Shown one piece after another: positions 36,014 through 46,363 of a stretch of 64,000 nt of DNA (position 1 is its first letter; each line of letters begins with the position of its first letter). Made by a program: the position numbers and the translations under genes. Origin of the DNA: a virus (taxonomy: Duplodnaviria > Caudoviricetes); IMG/VR virus record IMGVR_UViG_3300037851_000141, positions 192,001 to 256,000 of that record. The stretch is one strand, 5' to 3'. The notes under the pieces are model-generated. The model had not been told where the DNA came from and searched no databases. It saw nothing but the letters and a program-made list of their open reading frames with translations.

Positions 36014-36385
36014 ATGACCGACACTAATCAACCAGAACAAACGATAATTCCAGAAATAGAAGAACATCTAAAGACCGCATCTAAACCAAAAGAACAAATA
36101 GTGATCACGATATCATTTGAAGAAATAAATAAAGCCATAACATTGTTCCAAAATTGTCAAAATGTCAGATTTGATCCACGTATTATGTCATATTATGTTG
36201 ATGGATCTGAAGTTCGACAACAATTCCTTGCCGAAACTATAGAAAAATTTAGTCAATATATAACTGCTGCGTCTCAATTAATGAGAAAAGTCAGAGTAAA
36301 TCCACCACAAAAAGTAAAGACTACATTACAAACATTAGATAATAAATTAAAAGATGTTACAAAAGATGCTGAAATTCAACCATAA
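36014..36385 (+). CDS. Hypothetical protein
   Basis: TTGAAA-16-TATAAT promoter, AAGGA RBS. Confidence 0.65.
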   Translation: MTDTNQPEQTIIPEIEEHLKTASKPKEQIVITISFEEINKAITLFQNCQNVRFDPRIMSYYVDGSEVRQQFLAETIEKFSQYITAASQLMRKVRVNPPQKVKTTLQTLDNKLKDVTKDAEIQP

Positions 36386-36640
36386 ATAATAACATGAATA
36401 AAGATAAAGCAAAGAAACCAGATAAACATATTACCTGGAATTGCGTTTATTTCTATACTGATATATCTATCGTTTGGTCAATTCAAGATACTATTGATTA
36501 TTATGTTGCTGAAAAAGTGGAGCAAGAAATGATAGAAAATATGGACCTAACAATAGATTAGATTTTATTGAAAAAATTTAATTATAATATACCATCTATC
36601 ATCATGAAAATACTTGTAATGTAAAAATATGCTCATAATG

Positions 36641-37735
36641 TTAGCTCACAGATGCTATTGAATATTGTGATGATGCTAATGCTGGAGGTAAATTTCCTAA
36701 ATCATAATCTACTATATTTGTTGTTCGAGTTAAACCTCTTGATTTCATTACATATAAAGGATTTGTTGCCGTTACATCTGTAAATGCTACATCAAGAATT
36801 ACCATATTTGATAACGGTCCAGTGTAATTTATAGTTGTTGGATTTGATGTTGATGATGATCTGATTGTATATAATGGAGAGTTTGTATAAGATGTATCAT
36901 ACCCATTTACTATAAATAATGAATTTGTAATAGTTAATAATATATTTTGATTAATTGTTATATAAAGAATTTGATCAGTTGTTAATGACGCAATTCTTGT
37001 AGTAATACTTGTCATTGATATGTTTCGACTTGATGATGCTGAAAATATCATGTCTCTATTACCCTGTATGATTACATTTCCAAAATTAATATTAGCATTA
37101 CAATTAATCGTTGTGCTAGTTGCGGTCGCATTGAAATTTGATTTGGTGAATGTTATATTGCTCGTTCCAGCAAAAGAATATGTTCCAGTTGTAGTTGATT
37201 GAGCTAATGAACCGAGATATAAATTAGTATTTGCTGTAATAGTTGTATAGTTTCCAATAATAGTGGGGGCATTAATAACGTCAAAATAAAGATTTCCCGG
37301 TCCTTCAAATGTGGCGTTATATGAAGTAGTATCAATTGCTGACTGTGTTGTATTATTTACATGTACATCATCGGCAAGAGTATAAGTTGCCGCTGCTGTG
37401 GGCGAAAATTTAAAGTTAACAATTTTACCATTTGTTGTTAATGTGCCAGTTCTTGCCATTATTATAATAGCTGTGCCTGTGAGACTAAAGCTCATATTGG
37501 GTCCATACGTAATAGATCCGCTAACTGTAATATTACGGCCTGTACTCATTGTGATTGTGCCGTTATAATTGGATAAATCTAATGACAGACATGATCCGTT
37601 TACTGTTGTTAATGATATATTGCCGCTAGTTGACGTTGCTACAACATCATCAGATGAAGTTGGTACGGCATTTTCTACCCAAGTTGCAGCCGTTGACCAG
37701 ACTCCACCAGCATCAGATATTGTTCTTGTCGCCAT
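36641..37735 (-). CDS. Ser/Thr-rich beta-helical virion/tail-fibre-like protein
   Basis: GGVWSTAATW..VPTSSDDVV N-terminus, T/S/N/G-rich repeats. Confidence 0.65.
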   Translation of the reverse strand: MATRTISDAGGVWSTAATWVENAVPTSSDDVVATSTSGNISLTTVNGSCLSLDLSNYNGTITMSTGRNITVSGSITYGPNMSFSLTGTAIIIMARTGTLTTNGKIVNFKFSPTAAATYTLADDVHVNNTTQSAIDTTSYNATFEGPGNLYFDVINAPTIIGNYTTITANTNLYLGSLAQSTTTGTYSFAGTSNITFTKSNFNATATSTTINCNANINFGNVIIQGNRDMIFSASSSRNISMTSITTRIASLTTDQILYITINQNILLTITNSLFIVNGYDTSYTNSPLYTIRSSSTSNPTTINYTGPLSNMVILDVAFTDVTATNPLYVMKSRGLTRTTNIVDYDLGNLPPALASSQYSIASVS

Positions 37736-38892
37736 TAGATTCTAACTCCTTCTAATTCTATCTTCATAAAATTTGATGCTGAACAATTGGCGGTTTCGAA
37801 TTTCACGAAATCATTTTTATTTAATTGAAATAACATACTACCGCTAGATGATATGCTATTGGATATATTAAATGTTGTAAATAAATCCGCACTTGTAGGA
37901 ATGGTCGTTGATTTATAAAATTTTATATCTGATGAAATTTGTTGACCATTTCCATAAATATAATATGTATTTATGTTTAGTTTATATGGTATTCTTGTAA
38001 TTGAAGAGTTTCCATTTGAAATTGTTGATCCTGATACGAATGCTGCTCCAACGGTTCTTATATCAGGTATATTTACCCAATCTGAACCATTATATGTTAA
38101 TGTGTCTCCAGTTATAGGGAATGTTATTATTGCTGAAATTTCAGAGCCTCCACTTGAATCATTTGTATTTACCCAAGATGACCCATTATATTTTAGTGTT
38201 TGGTTGATTTGCGGGTTTACTATAATAACATCGGACAAATCATTTAACACGGATATGGAAGAGGAATTACCACCAGAAATATTATCTATTTGATATTGTA
38301 AATATGCTGATATTTCTGTAACTTCTGTTTTATAAATGTCGGCTGGGATATAATTTGTATTCGTCCATGTGTTTGTGTCATATACTAATATTTGATTATT
38401 TTGTGGTGATATTATATTGACATCATTTAATTCTGATAACAATGTCACTCCACCACTTACTGATTGTGATCCTCCAGTTATATTGAGAATTTGTGATTGA
38501 AGATTTGCTGATATTGCCGCTGTCGTAGATAAAGGCGTATATCGTTGGACATATGAAATAGTTTGATTATATGAATTAGCTGAAGCTGAAATTACATAAC
38601 TGGTAGTGGCATAACTTCCAGAAATTGATACAGAAAATATGTTTGATGGTGATTCTATAACTTGTATACCTGAACCACCAATTACATTTATAGAATTGAT
38701 TTGAGATTGTAAATTTCCGCTTACATTTGCTACTTCTGTGCTTGATACGCCATAAGATCCATTTGGAAATTGGTTTGATGTTACTTTTATATTACCATTT
38801 ACGTCAGCCGAAACAACGACTGAGTTATTATCATCTGGAGTAACAGAGACACCTTTATCTAATATCAATGCACCATTCTTAAAACCAGACAT
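37735..38892 (-). CDS. Tail-fibre-like protein with LxDV..P...Q.L.Y....W.N repeats
   Basis: Three copies: LNDVNIISPQNNQILVYDTNTWTN, LSDVIIVNPQINQTLKYNGSSWVN, FPITGDTLTYNGSDWVN. Confidence 0.7.
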   Translation of the reverse strand: MSGFKNGALILDKGVSVTPDDNNSVVVSADVNGNIKVTSNQFPNGSYGVSSTEVANVSGNLQSQINSINVIGGSGIQVIESPSNIFSVSISGSYATTSYVISASANSYNQTISYVQRYTPLSTTAAISANLQSQILNITGGSQSVSGGVTLLSELNDVNIISPQNNQILVYDTNTWTNTNYIPADIYKTEVTEISAYLQYQIDNISGGNSSSISVLNDLSDVIIVNPQINQTLKYNGSSWVNTNDSSGGSEISAIITFPITGDTLTYNGSDWVNIPDIRTVGAAFVSGSTISNGNSSITRIPYKLNINTYYIYGNGQQISSDIKFYKSTTIPTSADLFTTFNISNSISSSGSMLFQLNKNDFVKFETANCSASNFMKIELEGVRI

Positions 38893-38929
38893 AATATACC
38901 CCTAAATTGTTCAAATGGTATTTATATGT

Positions 38930-39928
38930 TTAAAAGCGAGTTTCGTGTCCACCGCTTTCAATATGTTCATTCATTTTCATTTTTTCTTTATAACATTCTT
39001 TAACATACTTCCATTCATCATTTGATGGCATTTTATCATATGTTTTTTCGAAATCTATGTAGAATTTAGTTTTTCCAGGCTTGGATCGTACTGATATTGT
39101 TGCTCCCATCATAAGGCAATAATCCATACAAGCTGATAATCCCAATCCATGTTGATGTGGTTTATCGTCTTTAGTTGTTATCCCTGGTCTAAATAGAGTG
39201 CTTTGTAATTCATCAGGAATACCTTTTCCATTATCTTGATATACTAATATTTTTTGGTCTGGTTTGCCGTATATTTTTATTTTAAGTGTATCTAACATAT
39301 GTTGATTATGGTCTATTGAGTTTTTTGCCAGATTATAGATGATTTGAGCTATATACATTGGACTATGTTTAGCTTGGAAGTTGAGAGATTCTTTATTGAT
39401 TATAATGTTATCTTCATGTATCATTTCTTTTATAACTCTGTCTAATAGCGTTACTTTAACCCAAGAATCAATTGTATTATTTAGAGGAAGAACCGTCATA
39501 GTGTGGTCTTTGAGTAGTTTTATATTAGAACTTAATGATGACATTATTTTTATTGCTTGTTCTAATGACATTAATGACTGATCTAGTTTTTGATGAACAC
39601 CGTGACATTTATCGCAATTCATAGGTAGATTATCTTTTACTCTTGATATAATATTAAGTACGTGTCCCAACCAAGGGCTGACTTCATGATTGATACCTGA
39701 TATCACATTTGAAAGGTGATTTGTATAACTTAATGTTGATTGAATTCTATTGGAAACGTCTTCTTTTGATACTTGAACTGGTATTGGAAAATCTGAGCCT
39801 GTTAATGATTCTGTATTGCTTTCATCTGCTGATCTTGATTTATTGTCAGGTTTTTCACAACCATGGCCAAACGTTGAGTCGGTATCTTCTTTTTTATCTT
39901 TATGAAATAAACTATCAAAAATACCCAT
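38930..39928 (-). CDS. Soluble histidine kinase
   Basis: H box NHEVSPWL, N box NLAKNSIDH, G1 DNGKGI, F box LFRPGITTK, G2 GLGLS. Confidence 0.88.
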   Translation of the reverse strand: MGIFDSLFHKDKKEDTDSTFGHGCEKPDNKSRSADESNTESLTGSDFPIPVQVSKEDVSNRIQSTLSYTNHLSNVISGINHEVSPWLGHVLNIISRVKDNLPMNCDKCHGVHQKLDQSLMSLEQAIKIMSSLSSNIKLLKDHTMTVLPLNNTIDSWVKVTLLDRVIKEMIHEDNIIINKESLNFQAKHSPMYIAQIIYNLAKNSIDHNQHMLDTLKIKIYGKPDQKILVYQDNGKGIPDELQSTLFRPGITTKDDKPHQHGLGLSACMDYCLMMGATISVRSKPGKTKFYIDFEKTYDKMPSNDEWKYVKECYKEKMKMNEHIESGGHETRF

Positions 39929-39931
39929 AGA

Positions 39932-40285
39932 TTATATTTTACATTCTCCTCCAGATAAGAAATGTTCAAGCTTCTTCCACACAATACCCATTTTACTAAT
40001 AGCTGACCATTTATTAACTGTTTTTATTGTGATATCATCTATACATCCAGTAATAAATAAGATTCTACCCAAATTTTCATTCCATTTTTCTGCGAAGAGT
40101 ACACCAGTTTTCCCATTTTTCAATATAACATCTAAAATAGAGACATCATAAATTTTTCCATTTTTCATGAGTCTTTCAGCATCTTCCCAACTGTCAGCAT
40201 AATCGACATCATGTTTTTGTTCTCGTAGTTGTTCGATTATTTCGCCAGCATAAAATTGGTGGTCTTCAAGGCAAAGGATTTTCAT
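39932..40285 (-). CDS. Stand-alone response regulator receiver
   Basis: MKILCLEDH, SILDVIL (phospho-Asp), ILFITG; AAGGGAG RBS. Confidence 0.85.
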   Translation of the reverse strand: MKILCLEDHQFYAGEIIEQLREQKHDVDYADSWEDAERLMKNGKIYDVSILDVILKNGKTGVLFAEKWNENLGRILFITGCIDDITIKTVNKWSAISKMGIVWKKLEHFLSGGECKI

Positions 40286-40299
40286 GTTCATTCTCCCTT

Positions 40300-40722
40300 T
40301 TAGAAAAGATTTATAATAAAGTTTAAGATTTGAGGCCAATGGATTACAATTTGTTTTCCTATTTCAGCAACAGCGGCACCAATGAGTGTTATCCATAAAG
40401 TTCTAACACTAAATAACTTAGATCGAGATTTATATATTTTAAGTTCTTTCCGAATTCGTTCTTCTTGTTCTTTACGTTCTTGTTCTTTTTGTATTTCATG
40501 TTCTCTTCTATAATCACCTAAAACATGGTCAAATATGGTATAGATTGTTTCTAATAGTTGATTATATTTTATAGTTTGTTTTTCGGAATCTGTAAATTTA
40601 TCAAGAATATTACTAAGTTGAAACCTTAATTTGGTTGATTCGACTGATGCCTGTTGCCACTTGCTAATCTCTTGTTTACAACGACTTACATCAGAACTAT
40701 AGTTATCTTGTGAACCTACCAT
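40300..40722 (-). CDS. Coiled-coil protein with C-terminal membrane segment
   Basis: TATAAATA at 40744; LWITLIGAAVA..ILNFIINLF. Confidence 0.65.
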   Translation of the reverse strand: MVGSQDNYSSDVSRCKQEISKWQQASVESTKLRFQLSNILDKFTDSEKQTIKYNQLLETIYTIFDHVLGDYRREHEIQKEQERKEQEERIRKELKIYKSRSKLFSVRTLWITLIGAAVAEIGKQIVIHWPQILNFIINLF

Positions 40723-40809
40723 ATTATTTATTCCTCTTATATGTATTTATAGTTTTTTGGTTGTTTTTAGGTAGAATAGTTTATAATATTGGTCTACCCA
40801 AGGATCTTT

Positions 40810-41295
40810 ATGTCAGATGATAATGATTCAATAGATGGCAGCATAGAGAATAACCGAATGATAATAGAGGATATTGATTATTTTTACAGATTTTCTCAAT
40901 TATATGCTATTTGTAACTATATTGTGACTATTGAAAATTATGATAAAATAGTAGATATAAGAGAAAAAGAAAAAATATTGGATGTTTTTATCGAAGAAAA
41001 TATAGAATGGTTAGAAGATCACAAGTTCTTAGATAGTAACATATCAATATCTGAGATTAAGGAAGTTTTTGAACCTTTGGTAAAACATAATATATTGGAT
41101 GATATTTATTATATAGATGTAAATGATCTTAATACCAGTATCCAAAAGATTACGATGTCAATTGTTGACTCTGTTCTTAATGATTTGGTTGATTCCGGTG
41201 ATATGAAGTTGGCTTGGAGTACTCAAGAGAATGATTTTGTTTTTATTCCGGCTATAGAAGAAGATAAGAAACAAAAAAGAAAGAAAACTAAATGA
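40810..41295 (+). CDS. Acidic hypothetical protein, likely paralog of 28131-28529
   Basis: SIVDSVLNDLVDSGDMKLAW. Confidence 0.6.
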   Translation: MSDDNDSIDGSIENNRMIIEDIDYFYRFSQLYAICNYIVTIENYDKIVDIREKEKILDVFIEENIEWLEDHKFLDSNISISEIKEVFEPLVKHNILDDIYYIDVNDLNTSIQKITMSIVDSVLNDLVDSGDMKLAWSTQENDFVFIPAIEEDKKQKRKKTK

Positions 41296-41384
41296 TTTGG
41301 GTTATGTTTTTTAGATTTCTGAAACATAGAACAAGTCGGTGGATAATCAAGAGTACTTTGGGAACATAGAAAGTACTCAAAAAT

Positions 41385-41927
41385 ATGTACATAGAAGAAA
41401 CTATACTTATTCAGCAATCTTTAAGTGGTGATGTTGATGCTCTTATGTCATTATTATCTTTATATAGCGATTACATGATCAGAATTGCCTCAAGATATTT
41501 TAGAAACAACAAAGCTGATATAGATGATGTTATACAAGACGCCACCATTGCCATATGTGAATGTATATCAGAATATAAAGATTTAGGTAAAGAGTTTAGG
41601 CATTGGGTTGGGGCCGTTGTATCCAATAGTTGTAAAATGTATATAAGAAAAAATAGACGACGGAGAATGAGAGAAGCTATTGTTGGCAATGAACTTAAAG
41701 AATATTATGAAACCAAAGATTTAGATTCTTTCTTGTTTGAAGATGTAGAAAAACTATTAAAAAATATACCAGCCGAAGAAAAAGAAATAATAAGATTCCA
41801 CTATTATGAAGGACTTACATACGAACAAATATCAGAAAAAATGAACATACCTTCGGCAACCATAAGATCAAAAATAAGTAGATGTTTTATTGAACTAAGA
41901 CGACAGTTTAGCGTAATTGGTGCTTGA
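41385..41927 (+). CDS. ECF-type RNA polymerase sigma factor
   Basis: Region 2 DIDDVIQDA..FRHWV; region 4 YYEGLTYEQISEKMNIPSATIRSKISR. Confidence 0.88.
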   Translation: MYIEETILIQQSLSGDVDALMSLLSLYSDYMIRIASRYFRNNKADIDDVIQDATIAICECISEYKDLGKEFRHWVGAVVSNSCKMYIRKNRRRRMREAIVGNELKEYYETKDLDSFLFEDVEKLLKNIPAEEKEIIRFHYYEGLTYEQISEKMNIPSATIRSKISRCFIELRRQFSVIGA

Positions 41928-41957
41928 TTCTTTATAATTCTTTGTTATAATATTCAG

Positions 41958-42269
41958 ATGGCACTAAAAATGAGAATAGTTATTCGGCCAGATATATCAC
42001 CCACCGCCGCCGTTGTTGCTGCTGCTCATGCCTCTTTGGGTACTTATTTGACTTTTATAGATGACCCAATAACTCAGGAATGGAAAAATAAGTCATTTGT
42101 TAAAATCATCCATAAAGCCCTAAACATGGAACAATTTTTAGCATGTAGAACGTTTGGTCCGCATAGAGTGTTTACTGAGAGTACTTTAGGTGGAATCGAA
42201 GTTTCAGTTGGATTCAAACCTCAAGAAAAAGAACACCCATTTTTTAAGGATATACCTCTGTGGAACTAA
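41958..42269 (+). CDS. Peptidyl-tRNA hydrolase type 2 (PTH2)-like
   Basis: KMRIVIRPD..VAAAHAS..EW...FVKII..VSVGFKP. Confidence 0.7.
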   Translation: MALKMRIVIRPDISPTAAVVAAAHASLGTYLTFIDDPITQEWKNKSFVKIIHKALNMEQFLACRTFGPHRVFTESTLGGIEVSVGFKPQEKEHPFFKDIPLWN

Positions 42270-42490
42270 AAACCGCCATACAAACTATAAAGAATAATGT
42301 AAAAGATTCGTATGTTCAAGAGTATATCAAAGCCATTCCTGATGTTATTGAAGAAGATGGCACTCATGGCTTATTGGTTCAACTGGAATATATTTTATCC
42401 AATCTAAGCCAATGGAAGGGTTTAGAAGCCAAAACAACTAAAGACTTTATACGAAAATGGGTCAAAACTAAACGTAAGTCGTTGAAATAA
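42260..42490 (+). CDS. Hypothetical protein
   Basis: ORF track. Confidence 0.55.
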   Translation: MELKTAIQTIKNNVKDSYVQEYIKAIPDVIEEDGTHGLLVQLEYILSNLSQWKGLEAKTTKDFIRKWVKTKRKSLK

Positions 42491-42562
42491 CTGTAGATAA
42501 AAAACATCTTGACATTTGTTGTTTCCTGGTAGAATAAACCTACCTATAAGAAAGGGTACAAC

Positions 42563-43084
42563 ATGTCAAACTCCGAAGTAGAGAATCATAAATCATACCT
42601 TCAATCCAAGTATGGCGAGAAGGCTGCTGAATTCCTAAACGACCTTGAAACCTGTCGCGGCTTTGAGGTTGTTAAAAAGTGGAATATCAGCCGCCAACTT
42701 GTATCTCTCCATAAAAAGAAGTTGGGATTCAAAGGTGAAGAATTACGAACTGAATCTATGATGGCTCGTCAGGAAGAAAAGAAAAAGCTGGCCGAGCAAA
42801 AGCGTCAAGAGATACAAGCCAAGAGAAACCTTCGCAATCTTGATATCATGACTCGTTTCAATAACAATGAGTCAGTTGAAGAGATTGCTAAGATTCACGG
42901 TATGACTCGTCCAAGTATGTATCAGCTTATTATGCGCCTCCGTGCTGTTAATAAGAGTTCTATTGGATATCGTCTCAAGCGCAAGAACTCTCCCAAGTTT
43001 AATCTAAAAGCCTATGATATCAAGAATACTCAAATCTATAAGATAGTTAAGCCTGAAGTCAAGGCAATTAAATCTACAGCATAA
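42563..43084 (+). CDS. Basic HTH-containing early protein
   Basis: Two HTH-like segments (ISRQLVS; SVEEIAKIHGMTRPSMYQLI); TTGACA-15-TAGAAT promoter. Confidence 0.6.
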   Translation: MSNSEVENHKSYLQSKYGEKAAEFLNDLETCRGFEVVKKWNISRQLVSLHKKKLGFKGEELRTESMMARQEEKKKLAEQKRQEIQAKRNLRNLDIMTRFNNNESVEEIAKIHGMTRPSMYQLIMRLRAVNKSSIGYRLKRKNSPKFNLKAYDIKNTQIYKIVKPEVKAIKSTA

Positions 43085-43111
43085 TCAAACCCCTTAACCA
43101 AGGAGGCTACC

Positions 43112-43372
43112 ATGAACAATCATTCTCTATGGACTGTTGTTGGTAATTCTCAGGTCTTCAGAGGGCGTGGATTTAAGGTGGTTTTCAATGAACATACTAA
43201 AGTTGGCCTAGAAGATCACGGTCCTGAAACGATTATTGTCAGAGAACATCCCAAACATGAATTACATTGTTTCGTTGGGGATCTAAGAAAAGAAGTTGAA
43301 ACCGCAGTCAAGCATAATATCAAATCATTCACTCGTATGTTCAAGAAACATTTGCCAAAGAAGCTGCCATGA
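43112..43372 (+). CDS. Hypothetical protein
   Basis: AAGGAGG RBS. Confidence 0.65.
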   Translation: MNNHSLWTVVGNSQVFRGRGFKVVFNEHTKVGLEDHGPETIIVREHPKHELHCFVGDLRKEVETAVKHNIKSFTRMFKKHLPKKLP

Positions 43373-43794
43373 ACGTCGCATTTGACTTTGATTTTACTTT
43401 AATGTTCCCGACAGAAAAAGATTCTGTTGGTGAACCTAATGTTGAATTTGTAACCAAGTTAAAAGAACATATTGCTGCTGGTGATAATGTGTTTATTATT
43501 ACAAGTCGAAACGATACACAAGCCAGCCGCGACCAAATACGTAAGTTTTTAATCAAACATCAGATTAGACCACTTAAGGTTTTTCATACTAACGGAACAC
43601 CAAAGCTATCAACTCTATTGGATCTAAATATTGCTCTTTTCTACGACGATGACGATAAAGAATTACAGCACGCTAAATCATCAGATATAAAAGTTGTAGA
43701 TTCTTTCAATGATGATGCGAAAAAAGCATTTCAACATTTCTATGATATTGATGAGTCTTTTAAGAAATATGTTGATAGTTTAGATAAGATTTGA
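43369..43794 (+). CDS. HAD-superfamily phosphatase
   Basis: AFDFDFTL (DxDxT), IITSR, K, FYDDD. Confidence 0.8.
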   Translation: MNVAFDFDFTLMFPTEKDSVGEPNVEFVTKLKEHIAAGDNVFIITSRNDTQASRDQIRKFLIKHQIRPLKVFHTNGTPKLSTLLDLNIALFYDDDDKELQHAKSSDIKVVDSFNDDAKKAFQHFYDIDESFKKYVDSLDKI

Positions 43795-44304
43795 TAATTC
43801 CTGTCGCCAACCAGATGTTCTAATGTTGACGACAGGAATATTATTATCTAAAGCAATCCTCACAGCCTGCCCCGTTCCGCCAGAAACATGCCCACTTTTC
43901 TTTGGGTCAGCGCAACATACAACAAATTCAACTTTTGGATAAATATCATAGCCAAATACTTGATGATGATTTCGATTCATTAACGCTTTAGCACCGCGAG
44001 ATAATATATAATAATTCGGATGATATTTTCTTGTTGACTCCAAACCTTCTTTAGAATCACCGACAATATAATATGCTTTTGAGTTCTGTTTGTAATGATA
44101 TAAATCTAACCCAAATCCATTCCAAGGAAGAAATATAACGCAATTACCACCAGAACCTTCTTGGAACGTTACATCACTTCCAGGGGCATTACCAGAATAA
44201 ACAATGAAATCTTTTTTAGCCATTACCCCAGCAAGTTCGAGTATGGTTTCGCGTTCGGCATCGGTTATATCTCTTGAACCGATCCCAGCATAATAACGAG
44301 GCAT
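43780..44304 (-). CDS. SLOG/DprA-like Rossmann-fold protein
   Basis: YAGIGSR, SGNAPGSD, SGGTGQAVRIA..IPVVN. Confidence 0.75.
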   Translation of the reverse strand: MPRYYAGIGSRDITDAERETILELAGVMAKKDFIVYSGNAPGSDVTFQEGSGGNCVIFLPWNGFGLDLYHYKQNSKAYYIVGDSKEGLESTRKYHPNYYILSRGAKALMNRNHHQVFGYDIYPKVEFVVCCADPKKSGHVSGGTGQAVRIALDNNIPVVNIRTSGWRQELSNLI

Positions 44305-44305
44305 G

Positions 44306-44785
44306 TTATTCCTTAATGTATGATTCTACAGCTTTGGCAATAATAGTCGGAAGAGATTTACCGAGTATATTATCTTCAACTTCTTTATTCTCTTTTTGTA
44401 TTCGGAGTCGTTCAGTTTTTCTATATTCTTCAAGGTTTTCTTCGGAATATTCTGGGTTATATGGTATCAATTCTTCATCTTTTATCATTTTTTCAAGTTC
44501 TTCCGGTGTATCTGGCATATTCCAATTCAATATCTCTTTATTAGCACCTTCTTCGGGAATCTTATCATAATCAAGAACCGGAGCCTTAAATGCCTCAAAG
44601 AACATTACATTGTTTTCAAGCAATTCCTTAAGTGATTCCCCGTAAGCTGCTTGAGGATTTTCGGTAATTCCTATAACTTTACCGTTTTCATCATAATATG
44701 CCTCTACGAAGAAATAACCAGTTTCGATTATCTCTCCATCATTATTTTTATAGTCTCTTTTGGCTATTCTGTAATTCCAACTCAT
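44306..44785 (-). CDS. Hypothetical protein
   Basis: MSWNYRI..EAYYDENG phage-type ORFan. Confidence 0.65.
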   Translation of the reverse strand: MSWNYRIAKRDYKNNDGEIIETGYFFVEAYYDENGKVIGITENPQAAYGESLKELLENNVMFFEAFKAPVLDYDKIPEEGANKEILNWNMPDTPEELEKMIKDEELIPYNPEYSEENLEEYRKTERLRIQKENKEVEDNILGKSLPTIIAKAVESYIKE

Positions 44786-44909
44786 TTATTCTTCCTCTGG
44801 TCAAGCAATTCTGGATCATCGTCATATATAACAACTTCATTTTTATTGAATATGGCGGCTAATATAAAAAATAAGATAGATCCGCCAAAGAGAAGTGATA
44901 ATAACCAGA

Positions 44910-45389
44910 TCATTTAAGGCTCTTTGCTAAATCGGCGTATGTTGGTGCCGACTGCTTCATTTCTACCAACAAATCCTGCTCGGTCAAGTTATATTTTTTC
45001 ATCAAGAACTTAAATCCATCAGGTACATAAACATTCTTGAATTGGCAAATAGGACATAATGCGATAGAAACATTGTGTCTTGAACACCAATCTTCACCAT
45101 TGTCTGCCGCATACTCAGCCACTTCTTCAATAGAAACATCTTCTCCATCAAAATAATCTTTTCGGTATTCAACCAATTTATCTGGATTATTCTTAAAGTA
45201 TTCTATTGCCGCATCCAATTCTGAAAATTCTTTGACAGCATGAGATTCACAAAAATCATGACCATTTTCGCATCTAATCATTCCAGCATCTTCTAAACCA
45301 AGGTCCATGCCAGAGACACATTCACCACATACGGCACAGATGAATGAACTTGAGCTTGAGTTGGTTACAAAGTCTTTTCTGAATTTCAT
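44910..45389 (-). CDS. Phage Cys-rich protein (DFVTNSSSSSF family)
   Basis: MKFRKDFVTNSSSSSFICAVC..CENGH..CPIC. Confidence 0.7.
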   Translation of the reverse strand: MKFRKDFVTNSSSSSFICAVCGECVSGMDLGLEDAGMIRCENGHDFCESHAVKEFSELDAAIEYFKNNPDKLVEYRKDYFDGEDVSIEEVAEYAADNGEDWCSRHNVSIALCPICQFKNVYVPDGFKFLMKKYNLTEQDLLVEMKQSAPTYADLAKSLK

Positions 45390-45398
45390 GTGGTTCCT

Positions 45399-46334
45399 TT
45401 ATTTTGTTCCCACCATTATATCCTTTGGCGAGTAGAAATCAAGAACGAGTTTCTGTAGGGCCAATTCTTTTTCTTTAGCCTCCAGATGGATATGTACGTT
45501 CTTATCTAATATCCAATCCGGTAATGGCTGAGAATAGTAATCAGAATGCGCGGTTATAAGTTTATTTGGATTGGCTGATTCACTATAATGGACTTGGGCG
45601 CTGCGTGTACCCCAAGTTGAATATGCGGTGAGAAAATCTTGAACTATAGAATCTGCTGTATGTCTAAAATGCCAGTGGTGGATATCAAAAGTAATAGGAA
45701 TATCAATCTGAGACGTAAGATAGCAGTATAAATCATTGACTGACCAGCAAGCAGCTTTATCGTCATTTTCTACAACTAACCGAGATTGTAAAGATTTTGA
45801 TAATGACTTGAATGAGTTTATGAATCTTGAAGCAGTACCTACATAATCGCCACTGTAACAGCCGCCAACATGAATATTGATCGGCAAATGGTTGTGGTAT
45901 TCGGAACAAATGATATCAGCAACCTCATTTTCTCGTTCCAATGCCAATATACCAAGTTGTCGGACAGATTCTTTGGGTGAACCAATACAAACGAACTGGC
46001 CGGGGTGAAACGATAGATGATGATCGTGTGATTGAGCAAACCGACCTATTTGTTTAAGCGTATCAGTTATTTCTTGGCTATCTGGCAATTGATTTACTGA
46101 ATACCCAACTTCTGGATCGTTGGACCTTGGAAGTGGCTCAGAACCAATACGAAACACCCTAATGTTGTGCTGCTCGTTCCAATGGAGTATTTTGAGAATA
46201 TCTTTGACATTTTGTAAAGCAAGTTGAGATGCTTTAGCGATTGTGAAGTTTCTACGTATAAAAGTGCGAGAACTATAAATGTCTTGCTTACGTAGGGTTT
46301 GGTTGATACAGCAATAGCCTAAGTTTGGTGTCAT
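45399..46334 (-). CDS. uvsE: UV-damage endonuclease
   Basis: LGYCCIN, HPGQF, HVGG, VENDD, FDIHH, HYSE, AHSD, LEAKEKE. Confidence 0.92.
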   Translation of the reverse strand: MTPNLGYCCINQTLRKQDIYSSRTFIRRNFTIAKASQLALQNVKDILKILHWNEQHNIRVFRIGSEPLPRSNDPEVGYSVNQLPDSQEITDTLKQIGRFAQSHDHHLSFHPGQFVCIGSPKESVRQLGILALERENEVADIICSEYHNHLPINIHVGGCYSGDYVGTASRFINSFKSLSKSLQSRLVVENDDKAACWSVNDLYCYLTSQIDIPITFDIHHWHFRHTADSIVQDFLTAYSTWGTRSAQVHYSESANPNKLITAHSDYYSQPLPDWILDKNVHIHLEAKEKELALQKLVLDFYSPKDIMVGTK

Positions 46335-46363
46335 GCTGAGATTATATCAACTAAAAAGAAAAA

